From Nitrospirales bacterium (GTDB lineage Bacteria; Nitrospirota; Nitrospiria; Nitrospirales; UBA8639), in contig CBDCWC010000003.1 in NCBI GenBank assembly GCA_965223295.1, positions 608,001 through 672,000 of the forward strand: DNA of 64,000 nt, written 5' to 3'. Positions 27,652 to 37,438 of this stretch are shown here, one piece after another; the first letter of the stretch is position 1; each line of letters begins with the position of its first letter. Position numbers and translations under genes: made by a program. Under the pieces are notes generated by a model, which was not told where the DNA came from, made no database searches, and was given only the letters and a program-made list of their open reading frames with translations.

Positions 27652-28755
27652 ATGTTTCAGAAAATCAAAATGACAAACCTGTTAGCATGCGCAATCTTGA
27701 CGGTCGTTTTCTTTGATCTTTCTTCCCTAGCATGGGCAACTGATTCAAAAACGAAGTCGGCAGAGAAACCCCAACCCGAACCACATCTTGCCAACATTCA
27801 GCAACTCACCTTTTCCGGAAAAAACGCTGAAGCCTATTTCTCCCCCGACGGCTACAAACTCGTGTTCCAATCAACGTTAGAACCCGACGGCAAAACCTTA
27901 CGATCCTGCTACCAGATTTACACCATGAATCTTGACGGTTCGAACGTCCGTCGAGTCAGTACCGGTCTTGGCGGTACCACCTGCGGTTATTTTTTTCCGG
28001 GAAGTCGACGAGTCCTCTTTTCCTCCACCCATTTCAATGGTATGCACTGCCCGCCAAAACTTCCACGAACCAAACACTACCGATGGGCCCTAGATAATTA
28101 CGACATTTTTTCTATGAATATCGCCGGAACTGATTTACAACGCTTAACCTCAACACCAGGATACGATGCGGAAGCCACCATTGCCCCAAACGGACGGATT
28201 ATGGTGTTTACTTCCATTCGAGATGGCGACTTGGATCTCTACTCGATGAATGTCGATGGCAGAGACGTCAAACGATTAACAAAAGAGATAGGCTACGATG
28301 GCGGGGCGTTTTTTTCTCCAGACAGCAAGCGTATCGTCTATCGAGCTCATCATCCTCAAGCTAAAGACGAAGTAAAAGCCTACCGTGACTTATTAGCTCA
28401 AAACCAAGTTGAGCCCTCTCGTTTGGAAATTTTTGTAATGAATGCAGATGGCTCTAACAAAACCCAGGTCACGGACAATGGGCGATCCAACTTTGCGCCA
28501 TACTTCTTTCCAGACGGCAAGCGCATCATCTATTCTTCGAATCTCGCCACTCCACTCGATCATCAAGGACGCCCATCATTTCATCTTCATACGATTGAAG
28601 ACGATAGCACCAAGCCTGAACAAATTACCTTTAACGGAAACTTTAATAGTTTTCCCATGTTCTCCCCGGATGGCAAACAACTGGTCTGGTCCTCAGACCG
28701 CAATGCCACCAACAAAGGAGAATTCAATATTTTTATCGCCGATTGGGTTCCTTAA
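27652..28755 (+). CDS. TolB-like PD40 beta-propeller periplasmic protein
   Basis: Signal peptide; repeated FSPDG/FFPDG motifs, GYDAEAT, GYDGGAFF. Confidence 0.88.
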   Translation: MFQKIKMTNLLACAILTVVFFDLSSLAWATDSKTKSAEKPQPEPHLANIQQLTFSGKNAEAYFSPDGYKLVFQSTLEPDGKTLRSCYQIYTMNLDGSNVRRVSTGLGGTTCGYFFPGSRRVLFSSTHFNGMHCPPKLPRTKHYRWALDNYDIFSMNIAGTDLQRLTSTPGYDAEATIAPNGRIMVFTSIRDGDLDLYSMNVDGRDVKRLTKEIGYDGGAFFSPDSKRIVYRAHHPQAKDEVKAYRDLLAQNQVEPSRLEIFVMNADGSNKTQVTDNGRSNFAPYFFPDGKRIIYSSNLATPLDHQGRPSFHLHTIEDDSTKPEQITFNGNFNSFPMFSPDGKQLVWSSDRNATNKGEFNIFIADWVP

Positions 28756-28760
28756 ATTTT

Positions 28761-28795
28761 GCCTCGCCCCCAAGTGGCGAGGTGAGGGTGAGCGG
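28761..28795. repeat. REP-like short palindromic element
   Basis: CCTCGCC-CCCAAGT-GGCGAGG-TGAGGGTGAG. Confidence 0.45.
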
Positions 28796-28830
28796 AAGGA
28801 TTAAGAAAAACTCAAAGGCACCAATTCATC

Positions 28831-29931
28831 GTGACTAGCCACCCACCTTTGCCTAAGTCACCCGCTTCTCTCATCATCGAAAAACATGCCTCAAGCTTAA
28901 TAATCGCACTCTCTCTCCTTCTGTTCCTCGGGTTGTTTATTGCCATGGGACAAGTGGACCATCCCACCCTCGACATCGTCCATGGCTTTACAGACCCGCT
29001 AGTCGATGAAATTGGCGACATTGGAAATGAACTAGGAGACGGCCTCACGTTAGTTTTCATTTCCTTAGCTATTGGTGGAGTTGGGCTGTGGCTCAATGCA
29101 GAACGCTGGAAATACGCCGGCCTCTTTTCGTTACTCGCACATGGAATCAGCGGGTTAATCACACAAATTCTCAAACATAGTCTCAGTCGTCCCCGGCCAC
29201 GACTGATGGATACCACGTCATGGGAAATCGGCCCAACGTTAGAAAGTGGCCTAGATTCTTTTCCTTCAGGCCACACTTCCGGATCATTTTCCGTCGCAAT
29301 GATTTTCGCGTATTACTTCCCCAAAGGACGACTCGTCTGGTTTGGACTGGCTAGCTTTGTTGCTCTATGTCGCGTGATTAAGGGTTCGCACTTTCCAACA
29401 GATGTACTGGGAGGTCTATTAGTCGGCATTGGAACCGGATTGGTCTTGGTCTACTCCCGCGACACCTGGAAGGAAGCGACGACACAAACATTGGCAAAAG
29501 GCCTCCCCTGGCTCATCGCAGCCTTTGGCTTCTTCTGGATTCTCATTCCTCATCCAGGCATTGAACTGGAACCAGACTTTTCGCTCGTCATTGGCCTCAT
29601 TATGATCATGGCAGGATTGGGACTTCGCCTATGGTGGATACGGGAATGTTCAATCAAAGATTCTCACTCTAGTTTAAGCGTACCAATCTGGCCCCGCCTT
29701 CTCATGGGTCTCGGCCTAGCCATAACTACAGGCAGTCTCATTGTCCTAGGAGTCAGCCTCTTAGCGAGTATCATCTGGTGGATTGCAAGCCAGCCTCGTT
29801 CTTCTTCTCACGCAAAAATAGCCGAATCCCCCCTGTTCATTTCTCATCCTATTGGAAATGAAGCAATCTTAGGATTCTGCATGATGACTATGGCTTTACT
29901 TGTTTTCTCCTTTCGACTCAATACTCTCTAA
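28831..29931 (+). CDS. PAP2-superfamily membrane phosphatase
   Basis: KHSLSRPRP, SFPSGH and RVIKGSHFPTDV motifs; many TMs. Confidence 0.9.
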   Translation: MTSHPPLPKSPASLIIEKHASSLIIALSLLLFLGLFIAMGQVDHPTLDIVHGFTDPLVDEIGDIGNELGDGLTLVFISLAIGGVGLWLNAERWKYAGLFSLLAHGISGLITQILKHSLSRPRPRLMDTTSWEIGPTLESGLDSFPSGHTSGSFSVAMIFAYYFPKGRLVWFGLASFVALCRVIKGSHFPTDVLGGLLVGIGTGLVLVYSRDTWKEATTQTLAKGLPWLIAAFGFFWILIPHPGIELEPDFSLVIGLIMIMAGLGLRLWWIRECSIKDSHSSLSVPIWPRLLMGLGLAITTGSLIVLGVSLLASIIWWIASQPRSSSHAKIAESPLFISHPIGNEAILGFCMMTMALLVFSFRLNTL

Positions 29932-30021
29932 GACACCCGATCATTAGGTACAGATGGATAAATTGGTCAGTCAACCGAAAAATTGCTGACTCACTCAGCT
30001 TTCTAATGACATCAACAACAT

Positions 30022-30209
30022 GGGTCTGTTGAAAAAAGCCGCAGCGGCGTTCCCTGCCTTCGCCGGGCCTACTTCGCCACAGTGACTGCGAAGGCTGAAA
30101 GCGGCTTCGCACTGGCGAGCGGACTTTTTTTGAACAGCCCAAGGCCTCTGACATGTGACGTCGTAGAGACGAAATTTGCCTGTTGATATCATCATTATTC
30201 AACAGCACC
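30022..30209 (+). mobile_element. MITE (core A + tail i)
   Basis: GGGTCTGTTGAA...TTCAACAGCACC flanked by AACAT (30017-30021 / 30210-30214). Confidence 0.88.
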
Positions 30210-30466
30210 AACATTTAAAATACGAGACTTTGCGCACCTCGTTTCTTTTTTCCTTACATGATAGAATTACTTAACCTAGGCCGGTAGATACTGCCAAATG
30301 ATATGAGAAAAGAACCATTCTCATTTCTCTTTTTTGATTTCATGAAACATTCCTCATCAATTTCTTTGAATAGATAGATCGAAGCCTTGCAATGGGTCTT
30401 CCTTCGCGGCCTTGTGTTTTCTACAGCTTATTTTTTACCAAGCCTCTCACATAAAAATCGGCTGAG

Positions 30467-31099
30467 ATGTCCCAAAAACGAACCTATGAAGAATTACAGA
30501 AACAGGTTGAGGAACTCACAGAGAGAGTTCAGAAAGCTGAGGAATTTTGTAAGAACGCTTTTGAGAAAAACCACTCCATCATGCTTCTTATTCACCCAAA
30601 GAATGGGAAGATTCTCGACGCAAATATTGCAGCACGCGAATTTTACGGATATACCAAAGATGAGCTCATGGATATGACAATTATGAACATCAATACACTG
30701 CCAGAAAAAAAAGTTTCTGAAAAGATGCAACAAGCAAAACAGAGGAAACAAAAGCACTTCAACTTTTCCCATAAACTGGCTAGTGGAGAACTCAAAGAGG
30801 TTGAAGTGTTTAGCGGACCTATCACAATAGACAAGGAAGAGGTGTTATATTCAATTGTTCATGATGTTTCTAAACGGAGAAAATATGAAAAAGAGAGAGA
30901 AGTCCTTATTGGAAAACTCGAACAAGCCCTGACTGAAATCAAGACCTTACGCGGTATATTGCCTATCTGCTCGTCTTGCAAAAAAATTCGAGACGACAAG
31001 GGATATTGGAATATTTTGGAAACCTATATCCGGCAGCATTCAGAAGCAGAATTTACTCATGGAATTTGCCCAGAGTGTACAAAACATTTATATGTATAA
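30467..31099 (+). CDS. PAS-domain protein with C-terminal CxxC...CxxC module; last codons replaced by IS481
   Basis: PAS (ILDANIAAREFYGY...SIVHDVSKR) then LRGILPICSSCKKIRDDKGYW...THGICPEC. Confidence 0.85.
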   Translation: MSQKRTYEELQKQVEELTERVQKAEEFCKNAFEKNHSIMLLIHPKNGKILDANIAAREFYGYTKDELMDMTIMNINTLPEKKVSEKMQQAKQRKQKHFNFSHKLASGELKEVEVFSGPITIDKEEVLYSIVHDVSKRRKYEKEREVLIGKLEQALTEIKTLRGILPICSSCKKIRDDKGYWNILETYIRQHSEAEFTHGICPECTKHLYV

Positions 31100-32249
31100 G
31101 TCAAAACTTCATCTGACAGACAGCGAGTCCAGGTTGGATTACGCGGCCAACATTTTCTCCTTCGCCAACGTCACACTATCTTCCCACGTTTGTCTTGGCG
31201 TCTTGCCGTAGCACCATCGCCCCGATGTGTCCGTTGCTCATTGTACGTTTGTATCCAGGCATCCAAATCGACCTGTAACTCTTCAAGTGTGTGATAGATC
31301 TTTTTGCAGAATGTCACGCGATAGAACTCATTCAGCAGGGTCTTATGAAACCGTTCGACGATCCCATTGGTTTGTGGACTCTTGGTCTTGGTCCGGGTGT
31401 GATCAATGTTTTCGACGGCCAAATAGAGTTCATACTCATGCCGCTCCGGCGCCCCACAGTATTCGGTGCCTCGATCCGTCAGCACGCGACTTAACAGGAT
31501 TGCATGCTCCGCAAAGAACGGCAGGACACGGTCATTGAGTAAGTCAGCCGCCGTGATGGGTGTTTTCCGATCATAGAGCTTGGCAAAGCCCACCTTGCTA
31601 TAGGTATCGATAAACGTTTGCTGATAAATCCGCCCAACACCCTTGAGTGTGCCCACATAGAAGGTATCCTGGGCGCCACAGTAGCCCGGACATTCACTCT
31701 CAAACTCCCCATGAGCTTCTTTGTCAGCCTTTGCTTTCTCCAACGCCACGACTTGGGCATCGGTTAAGACCAGCCCTTCTTGAGCCACCTTGGCCTCTAG
31801 GGCTTTCAGGCGTTTCCGCATGGTCTCTAAATCATGCCGGAGCCAGATGTATCTCACCCCCGCCGGCGAGAGCGTGATCCCTTCTTTCCGTAACTCATTG
31901 GCCATACGCACTTGGCCCCACGCATGTTGTTCAATGGTCAGGGTAATCAGGGACTCTTCCACTTCCGGGGCGACCCGATTCTTCGCAATGGGCTTCCGCC
32001 GCGAAATCTCCTCCAGCGCGGCTTCTCCGCCTGTCTCATATAACTCTTTGAACCGATAAAAACTATCTCGACTGTAGCCCATGATCTGACAGGCTTTCGA
32101 CACATTCCCCAACTGCTTGCCTAACTCCAACAAGCCCACTTTCGTCTTGATGATCTTTTGCTCCTGTGTCATCGTCCTCGCTCCTTTCTCCCAATTCCTG
32201 GGATTTCGAGGACTCTACCTGACTGTCAGATTAAATCCTAACACTTACA
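31093..32249 (-). mobile_element. IS481-family insertion sequence
   Basis: TGT...ACA ends; imperfect 26-bp IRs TGTATAAGTCAAAACTTCATCTGACA / TGTAAGTGTTAGGATTTAATCTGACA; direct repeat ATTTATA at 31086-31092 and 32250-32256. Confidence 0.92.
31139..32172 (-). CDS. IS481 DDE transposase with 1-bp frameshift near C-terminus
   Basis: HTH N-terminus, [26 protein letters not shown]. The expected tail (Q)[13 protein letters not shown]...AKEKMLAA* lies in another frame after ~31222. Confidence 0.88.
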
Positions 32250-32444
32250 ATTTATATCAAACCATGCCAAGGTCAAATCATGACTAAACGATTACCTCTC
32301 CCTTTTAATTTCGCCATACTGACTAACAAGGCGGCTTAGAAAATAGCCGCGTTCTTCCCAACCCTCTCACCTCCTCAAAAGCGCCACCTTTTCTTTCCCA
32401 ACCCTTTGTTCTTGAATTCTCAGGCACATATGCGAAAATACATC

Positions 32445-32840
32445 ATGCGATGCCCTTTATGCGGAACAACCCTTGCCCCTTTCGAGAAGCATCATCTCCA
32501 TTTGGATCGATGTCCAGAAGGTCATGGAATCTGGTTTGATAGGGGAGAATTAGTGGCTTACAGGAAAAACCACTCGGACACCGAAAAACCATCTAGAGAA
32601 GAGGATCATTGCTTCCAACCATTCCCTGGAGAGACAGTAAAAGACTGCCCACGATGCCGCAGAGCAACGCTAGAACCAGGGCATCTGTATAAGTTGAAGC
32701 TCTATCATTGTATGACATGTCATGGTGTCTTTTTAGGGCAACCGATGAACATCAGACAAGAAGACCATGACTCGATTGGAGTAGAAGGAATCGAAATTGG
32801 ATCGTCGATCATTGAGATCATCGTCACTGCATTTGGATAG
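32445..32840 (+). CDS. Tandem zf-TFIIB-like zinc-ribbon protein
   Basis: MRCPLC...DRCPEGHGIWFDRGEL and CPRC...CMTCHGVFL. Confidence 0.8.
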   Translation: MRCPLCGTTLAPFEKHHLHLDRCPEGHGIWFDRGELVAYRKNHSDTEKPSREEDHCFQPFPGETVKDCPRCRRATLEPGHLYKLKLYHCMTCHGVFLGQPMNIRQEDHDSIGVEGIEIGSSIIEIIVTAFG

Positions 32841-32918
32841 GTAGATTTTTCCTTAGTTGTCTGAGGGAAACCTGCCCTTTAACCAACAGTCAAATTGATA
32901 TAAGTTTGGAGAGCTCAA

Positions 32919-34676
32919 CTACAACAGCGGTTCGCTGGAGAGGAGGGAGAAACCGCCATGTTCGAGAACGACCGTCCAATCAGAGACAGTGTCAGGAATC
33001 TCGTGACGAAGATGTGTTTGAAGGATCATCATTTTTTTACCTGAGGCTGCCACATGCTCTTGCCATTCTTGCTCATCACGTGGTCCGAGAAAATGTACTT
33101 TGCCTTGGGCATAGAAACTCAGGGATGGGCGTTTTCGTCCAACCTGCAAGAGACGATCATCTCTTTTCAGATTGTACCCGGCAATCGTCGCTAAATGTTG
33201 AGGAGGTTCGATGAAATACATGTGATACACAGGAAGAGCGCCTTTCACCAAGAACAAACCAAAAATCACCATCATTCCGCCAGCTATTCCGACCGCCCAT
33301 GGCCGCTTCGTTTCTGAGTCAAGACAATATCGGATACCCATGGTCCCCAGAATCATGGTCAATCCCATCACAAGGGGAAGCCATCCAAAATCCACATCCA
33401 TGGCTGCCGGAAATTCCTTGGCAATTTGCTTAATAAAGTGCTGAAATAGGGCTGGTACGGCAATAATGGCAATCCCCAGGAGATAGCCTGTCCCGAGAAG
33501 CAGCCAGCGAGGACTTCCCCAGGCTGCAAATGCTGGCTGGGCTTGGAAGCGTTTCCACCACAAAGCCACCAAGATGGCTGATGCAGGGAACAGAGGATAA
33601 ATGTAATGCGGAAGGCGCGTGGCTGATAGCGTAAAAAAGATCAGCAACCCTACGACCCAGAGACTAAGAAAATATTCGAGATTCTGTTCTTGAGTAGCAA
33701 AACCTTTCCCGTTCCAATAGCCTTTCCATGCTTTCAGAGATTGATAAAGTACGGACGGCAGAAACGCACTCCAAGGGAAAAATCCTAGCAAGAGAATCGG
33801 CACATAAAAAAAGAGAGTCCCTCCATGACCTTCCATTGGGTTCATGAAGCGCCCGGTCGTATTGGCTTGTGCCGCAGCCCAATAGGCTTCGCCATGAATT
33901 TGGAACATTGCCACATACCAAGGAGCCGCAACGATCAGGACAAGACATGTGCCAAGTAGAGGAAGCCCCTTTTGCCAAAAAGATGTCCATTGGCGGGTGA
34001 GGAGGAGATAGGGGAGAACGCCCACCAGTGGAATAATGATGCCAACTGGTCCTTTGACCAACATACCAAAACCCATGGCCAGATAAAAACAGAGAAACCA
34101 CCACCGACTCTTTTTCCTGGACCTATTGAGCCCTTGCCAAAAGCTATAGCCTGCCAATGTCGTAAACAGGACAAGTTCCGGATCAGTCAGCACAAGCCGA
34201 TTGATGGCGAGAAATTCCATATTCAGCAGCAACATGATTGACGAAAGCCAAGCCATTGGCGCACCAAGCCATCGATAGACAAACGCATACTGCAACAACA
34301 GAACCCCAAGACCTGAAATTGCTGAGGGAAACCGCGCCGCAAATTCATTGACACCGAACAGCATATACGAACCGCTAATAAGCCAATACACAAAGGCTGG
34401 CTTGGCAAACCGTGGCTCATAATTCAGAGTAGGTGAAATCCAATCGCCGGTTTCCAGCATTTCTCTCGCGGCTTCAGCGTTACTCCCTTCATCTCGATCA
34501 GTGAGGCCTAAGCTGCTCATCTCCAAGCCCCCTAACCATCCTCCTTCTAGACCAAACAGCCAGATACCCAGCACGAAGAGCACAACCACATGGAAAACTG
34601 AGGAATGTGAAAACGTGGATTGAACGTCAAAAGAAGACGTTGAAGATGAGCCGGATGAAATGGAAAGATTATCCAC
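32919..34676 (-). CDS. ArnT/PMT-family (GT-C) lipid A glycosyltransferase
   Basis: DRDEGSNAEAAREM, RFAKPAFVYWL, ARFPSA, LVKGPVG, TRLPHYIYP; many TMs. Confidence 0.9.
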   Translation of the reverse strand: MDNLSISSGSSSTSSFDVQSTFSHSSVFHVVVLFVLGIWLFGLEGGWLGGLEMSSLGLTDRDEGSNAEAAREMLETGDWISPTLNYEPRFAKPAFVYWLISGSYMLFGVNEFAARFPSAISGLGVLLLQYAFVYRWLGAPMAWLSSIMLLLNMEFLAINRLVLTDPELVLFTTLAGYSFWQGLNRSRKKSRWWFLCFYLAMGFGMLVKGPVGIIIPLVGVLPYLLLTRQWTSFWQKGLPLLGTCLVLIVAAPWYVAMFQIHGEAYWAAAQANTTGRFMNPMEGHGGTLFFYVPILLLGFFPWSAFLPSVLYQSLKAWKGYWNGKGFATQEQNLEYFLSLWVVGLLIFFTLSATRLPHYIYPLFPASAILVALWWKRFQAQPAFAAWGSPRWLLLGTGYLLGIAIIAVPALFQHFIKQIAKEFPAAMDVDFGWLPLVMGLTMILGTMGIRYCLDSETKRPWAVGIAGGMMVIFGLFLVKGALPVYHMYFIEPPQHLATIAGYNLKRDDRLLQVGRKRPSLSFYAQGKVHFLGPRDEQEWQEHVAASGKKMMILQTHLRHEIPDTVSDWTVVLEHGGFSLLSSEPLL

Positions 34677-34965
34677 TCATCGCTCGCTTCTTGGCACGAT
34701 GGAGGAGAACAAGATTCCGCACATACACCACAGTCCCTACGCTTTGGCCCGCGATAAAGACCGGGTCGACTCGATGAAGCGCATAGGCCAAAACAATGAC
34801 ACTTCCGATTAAACTCATATACCAAAATGAGATGGGGATATGACTTTCTTCCCGCCGTTCCGACGAAGCCCATTGTAAGAGCCATCGTGAAAAAAACAGG
34901 CTTTGGCCAAAAAACCCAATGCCTAACCAGATCAGCTCACTTGTAGACAATGAGGCAAAATCCAT
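34669..34965 (-). CDS. Lipid A biosynthesis N-terminal (LAB_N) domain protein
   Basis: GFFGQSLFFSRWLLQWASSERR...PISFWYMSLIG...DPVFIAGQ...YVRNL. Confidence 0.9.
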   Translation of the reverse strand: MDFASLSTSELIWLGIGFFGQSLFFSRWLLQWASSERREESHIPISFWYMSLIGSVIVLAYALHRVDPVFIAGQSVGTVVYVRNLVLLHRAKKRAMSG

Positions 34966-34969
34966 TTAT

Positions 34970-35731
34970 TCACAACGACTTTTCGGATTGCGAACGGCGA
35001 GGTTCCCGCCAGGTATAATTCAGACACCGCTTTTGCATCCAGCGAACTGCAAACAGATCATACAGGCCAACAAACAATCGATTGCCGACTCCATATTTGG
35101 ATGCCCCATGCACTCGAGGGAAATGCTGCACGGGAACTTCTGTCACGGTAAACCCATACATTTGAGCCAAAGCCGGAAAGAAGCGGTGCATATTTTTAAA
35201 CAAGGGCATGCGTTCAATGACCCTTCGTCGAAAAATCTTCAGTGAACATCCCGTGTCGGTCACGCCATCACGCACGACCCAATTACGTACCTGATTGGCA
35301 ATTCTAGATGACCACCGCCGCACCACATTATCATGTCGGGCTGCGCGTCGCCCGCAAACCAAATCAACCTGCTGACTAAGGGGAATCAACTTTGAAAAAT
35401 CGTTGGGATCATATTGCAAATCTCCGTCCATTGTCGCAACAAGTTCCCCATTTGCCTGCTGAAAACCTGCATCAAACGCGGCAGTTTGTCCATGATTTCG
35501 GTCTAGATGAATCACTCGCACAATCTCGTATTGTTGTGCTAATTCATCCAAAATCTGCCCGCTACCATCCGTACTCCCATCGTTCACAAAGAGGAGTTCA
35601 AATGACGCATCCTGACTTTCAGGCCGAGTTTCAAAAAATTCAAGCAATTGGCTGGCTAACAGCGGAATGTTGTCCCGTTCATCTTTAATGGGAATAACAA
35701 CCGAAATCCATGGAGGGCAAGGAATGTTCAT
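34970..35731 (-). CDS. GT2 polyprenol-phosphate glycosyltransferase (ArnC/DPM1-like)
   Basis: SVVIP, NDGSTDG, NHGQTAA, MDGDLQ, DTGCSLK, HRFFPAL. Confidence 0.92.
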   Translation of the reverse strand: MNIPCPPWISVVIPIKDERDNIPLLASQLLEFFETRPESQDASFELLFVNDGSTDGSGQILDELAQQYEIVRVIHLDRNHGQTAAFDAGFQQANGELVATMDGDLQYDPNDFSKLIPLSQQVDLVCGRRAARHDNVVRRWSSRIANQVRNWVVRDGVTDTGCSLKIFRRRVIERMPLFKNMHRFFPALAQMYGFTVTEVPVQHFPRVHGASKYGVGNRLFVGLYDLFAVRWMQKRCLNYTWREPRRSQSEKSL

Positions 35732-35735
35732 CAAG

Positions 35736-35924
35736 GGGAGTGTTGAATAATGAGGATATCAAAGGCTGTATTTCGCCATAACACCCTTGGCGATCAACAA
35801 CGTCGAGCCGGTTCAAAAAAGTCCGCTTGTCTGTGCCAAGCCGCTTTCAGCCTTCGTAGCCACTGCGGCGAAGTAGGCCCAGCGAAAGCAGGGAACGCCG
35901 CTGGCGGATTTTTTCAACGGACCC
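35736..35924 (-). mobile_element. MITE (core A + tail ii)
   Basis: GGGAGTGTTGAA...TTCAACGGACCC flanked by TCAAG / TGAAG (one mismatch). Confidence 0.85.
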
Positions 35925-36170
35925 TGAAGTGAACGACGTAGGCTGCGTGCCTTTTCTCTTTGAAAACCATGCACGGTCAGGGACTCCAACGCGGCTCGGG
36001 CATTCTACTGAATCCCTGAAAAACCGGTCAAACGGGTCAAAGGCAGCACGTGAAATCTACGCTTTGAAAGGCTGAATGAATAAACAACAACTAGACTAGT
36101 AGCATAACGGAAAGTTGACCAAAGGAATGGGCTTTTGTAAGGTGAACGTTATTTTCTCGGAGGACTCTTG

Positions 36171-36425
36171 ATGCAAGAAGATATCGTGCAGGCCTATATG
36201 GAAATTGAGCAAGCCATGCAGCGCTACTCGCTGTTGCTGGACGAACATGTCAAGGCGCTACAAACGAGTAAAGACCAGAAAGACCAGGCAAAATTTGAAC
36301 GGATGAAGGCGGGGTCAAAGGCTATGAGAGACAGTAGTCAAATCTACCTCTCGTATGCGAAGTTTGTGGCCTATGGCATGCCTGAAAGCGAAGACCTTAT
36401 TGAGGATGAAGACTTACAAAGTTAA
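36171..36425 (+). CDS. Small helical hypothetical protein
   Basis: ~84-aa ORF with GGAGG RBS. Confidence 0.7.
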   Translation: MQEDIVQAYMEIEQAMQRYSLLLDEHVKALQTSKDQKDQAKFERMKAGSKAMRDSSQIYLSYAKFVAYGMPESEDLIEDEDLQS

Positions 36426-36493
36426 AATGAGAACCAAAAAGAGAGAATCCTCTTGCCTCTCACTCCTCCCTTTTCACGCCTGATTTTAAAATT

Positions 36494-36570
36494 TGGTCGG
36501 GGCGAGCCGATTTGAACGGCCGACCTCTCGCACCCCAAGCGAGTGCGCTACCGGGCTGCGCCACGCCCCG
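36494..36570 (-). tRNA. tRNA-Pro(GGG)
   Basis: CGGGGCG acceptor stem, anticodon arm CTCGC-TTGGGGT-GCGAG, TTCAAATC T-loop, encoded CCA; typical ihfA-merR-tRNA-Pro order. Confidence 0.96.
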
Positions 36571-36611
36571 ACAATTGGTGTACTACGTTATCTGAGATGT
36601 TGACTGTAAAA

Positions 36612-36971
36612 TTAAGCTGATTGTCGATCTAGGATCTTCAAGATCAATTGCAATTCTGATTTGGCTTTTTCCACACGATCCTTTGACACTTGAACGGACT
36701 TCCCACTTCGTTTCTTCCGGTACCAAAATCGTTTTAGCCCAGCAATGGTATAGCCTTCTTCATACAGCATCCGTTTAATTTCAAAAATCGTTTCAATATC
36801 TGATTTCGTATATATTCGGTGTTTTCCCTGACTTTTTTTGGGTTTGAGGAAAATGAACTCGGATTCCCAAAATCGCAGCACATACGATGGAAGATTCGTG
36901 AGGGATGCGACCTCCCCAATCTTGTACCCTGTCTTTTCCTCGTGTTTCGTGCCTGTTCCCATGCCTGTCAT
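36612..36971 (-). CDS. MerR-family transcriptional regulator
   Basis: YKIGEVA...VLRFWESEF...LKPKK...RIY...LYEEGYTIAG. Confidence 0.9.
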   Translation of the reverse strand: MTGMGTGTKHEEKTGYKIGEVASLTNLPSYVLRFWESEFIFLKPKKSQGKHRIYTKSDIETIFEIKRMLYEEGYTIAGLKRFWYRKKRSGKSVQVSKDRVEKAKSELQLILKILDRQSA

Positions 36972-36999
36972 ACCATGGTGAATTTACAAGCCTTGGCCT

Positions 37000-37275
37000 T
37001 CAGGAATTGACATATTGCTTAAAGAGCGCACTTGGTCGAAATGTGACAACCCGACGGGGGGTGATGGCAATTTCTTCCCCAGTTCTTGGATTCCTTCCCT
37101 TTCTTTCCCCTTTGTTACGAACCACAAAATTACCAAATCCGGCAATTTTCACGACTTCCCCTTGTTTCATCATGGCCTTGATTAAATCCAAAACTTGCTC
37201 CACCATTTCCATGGCCTCAGCTTTTTGGATTCCAGCCGTTTCTGTAATGATGTCGGCGATGTCCGCCTTCCGCAT
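37000..37275 (-). CDS. ihfA: Integration host factor subunit alpha
   Basis: VKIAGFGNF...GRNPRTGEEIAITPRRVVTFRPS. Confidence 0.9.
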   Translation of the reverse strand: MRKADIADIITETAGIQKAEAMEMVEQVLDLIKAMMKQGEVVKIAGFGNFVVRNKGERKGRNPRTGEEIAITPRRVVTFRPSALFKQYVNS

Positions 37276-37438
37276 AATCAGTACCCCCTTACAAAGACTA
37301 TTGAAAGGAGTGAAAATGGACGGTGTGCCCGATCTCCCGTTGGTGTCGAATGATCAAACGTAACCTCACTTAGGATGGTTGTCAAGAAGATATAATCTTC
37401 TGGTTATCACCAGATCTTTCCCACGCCACGCTCTGGAA

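Noticed and set aside
36494-36570. tRNA-Pro as an island integration site
   Set aside because: No adjacent integrase and no duplicated tRNA 3' end seen in the window.
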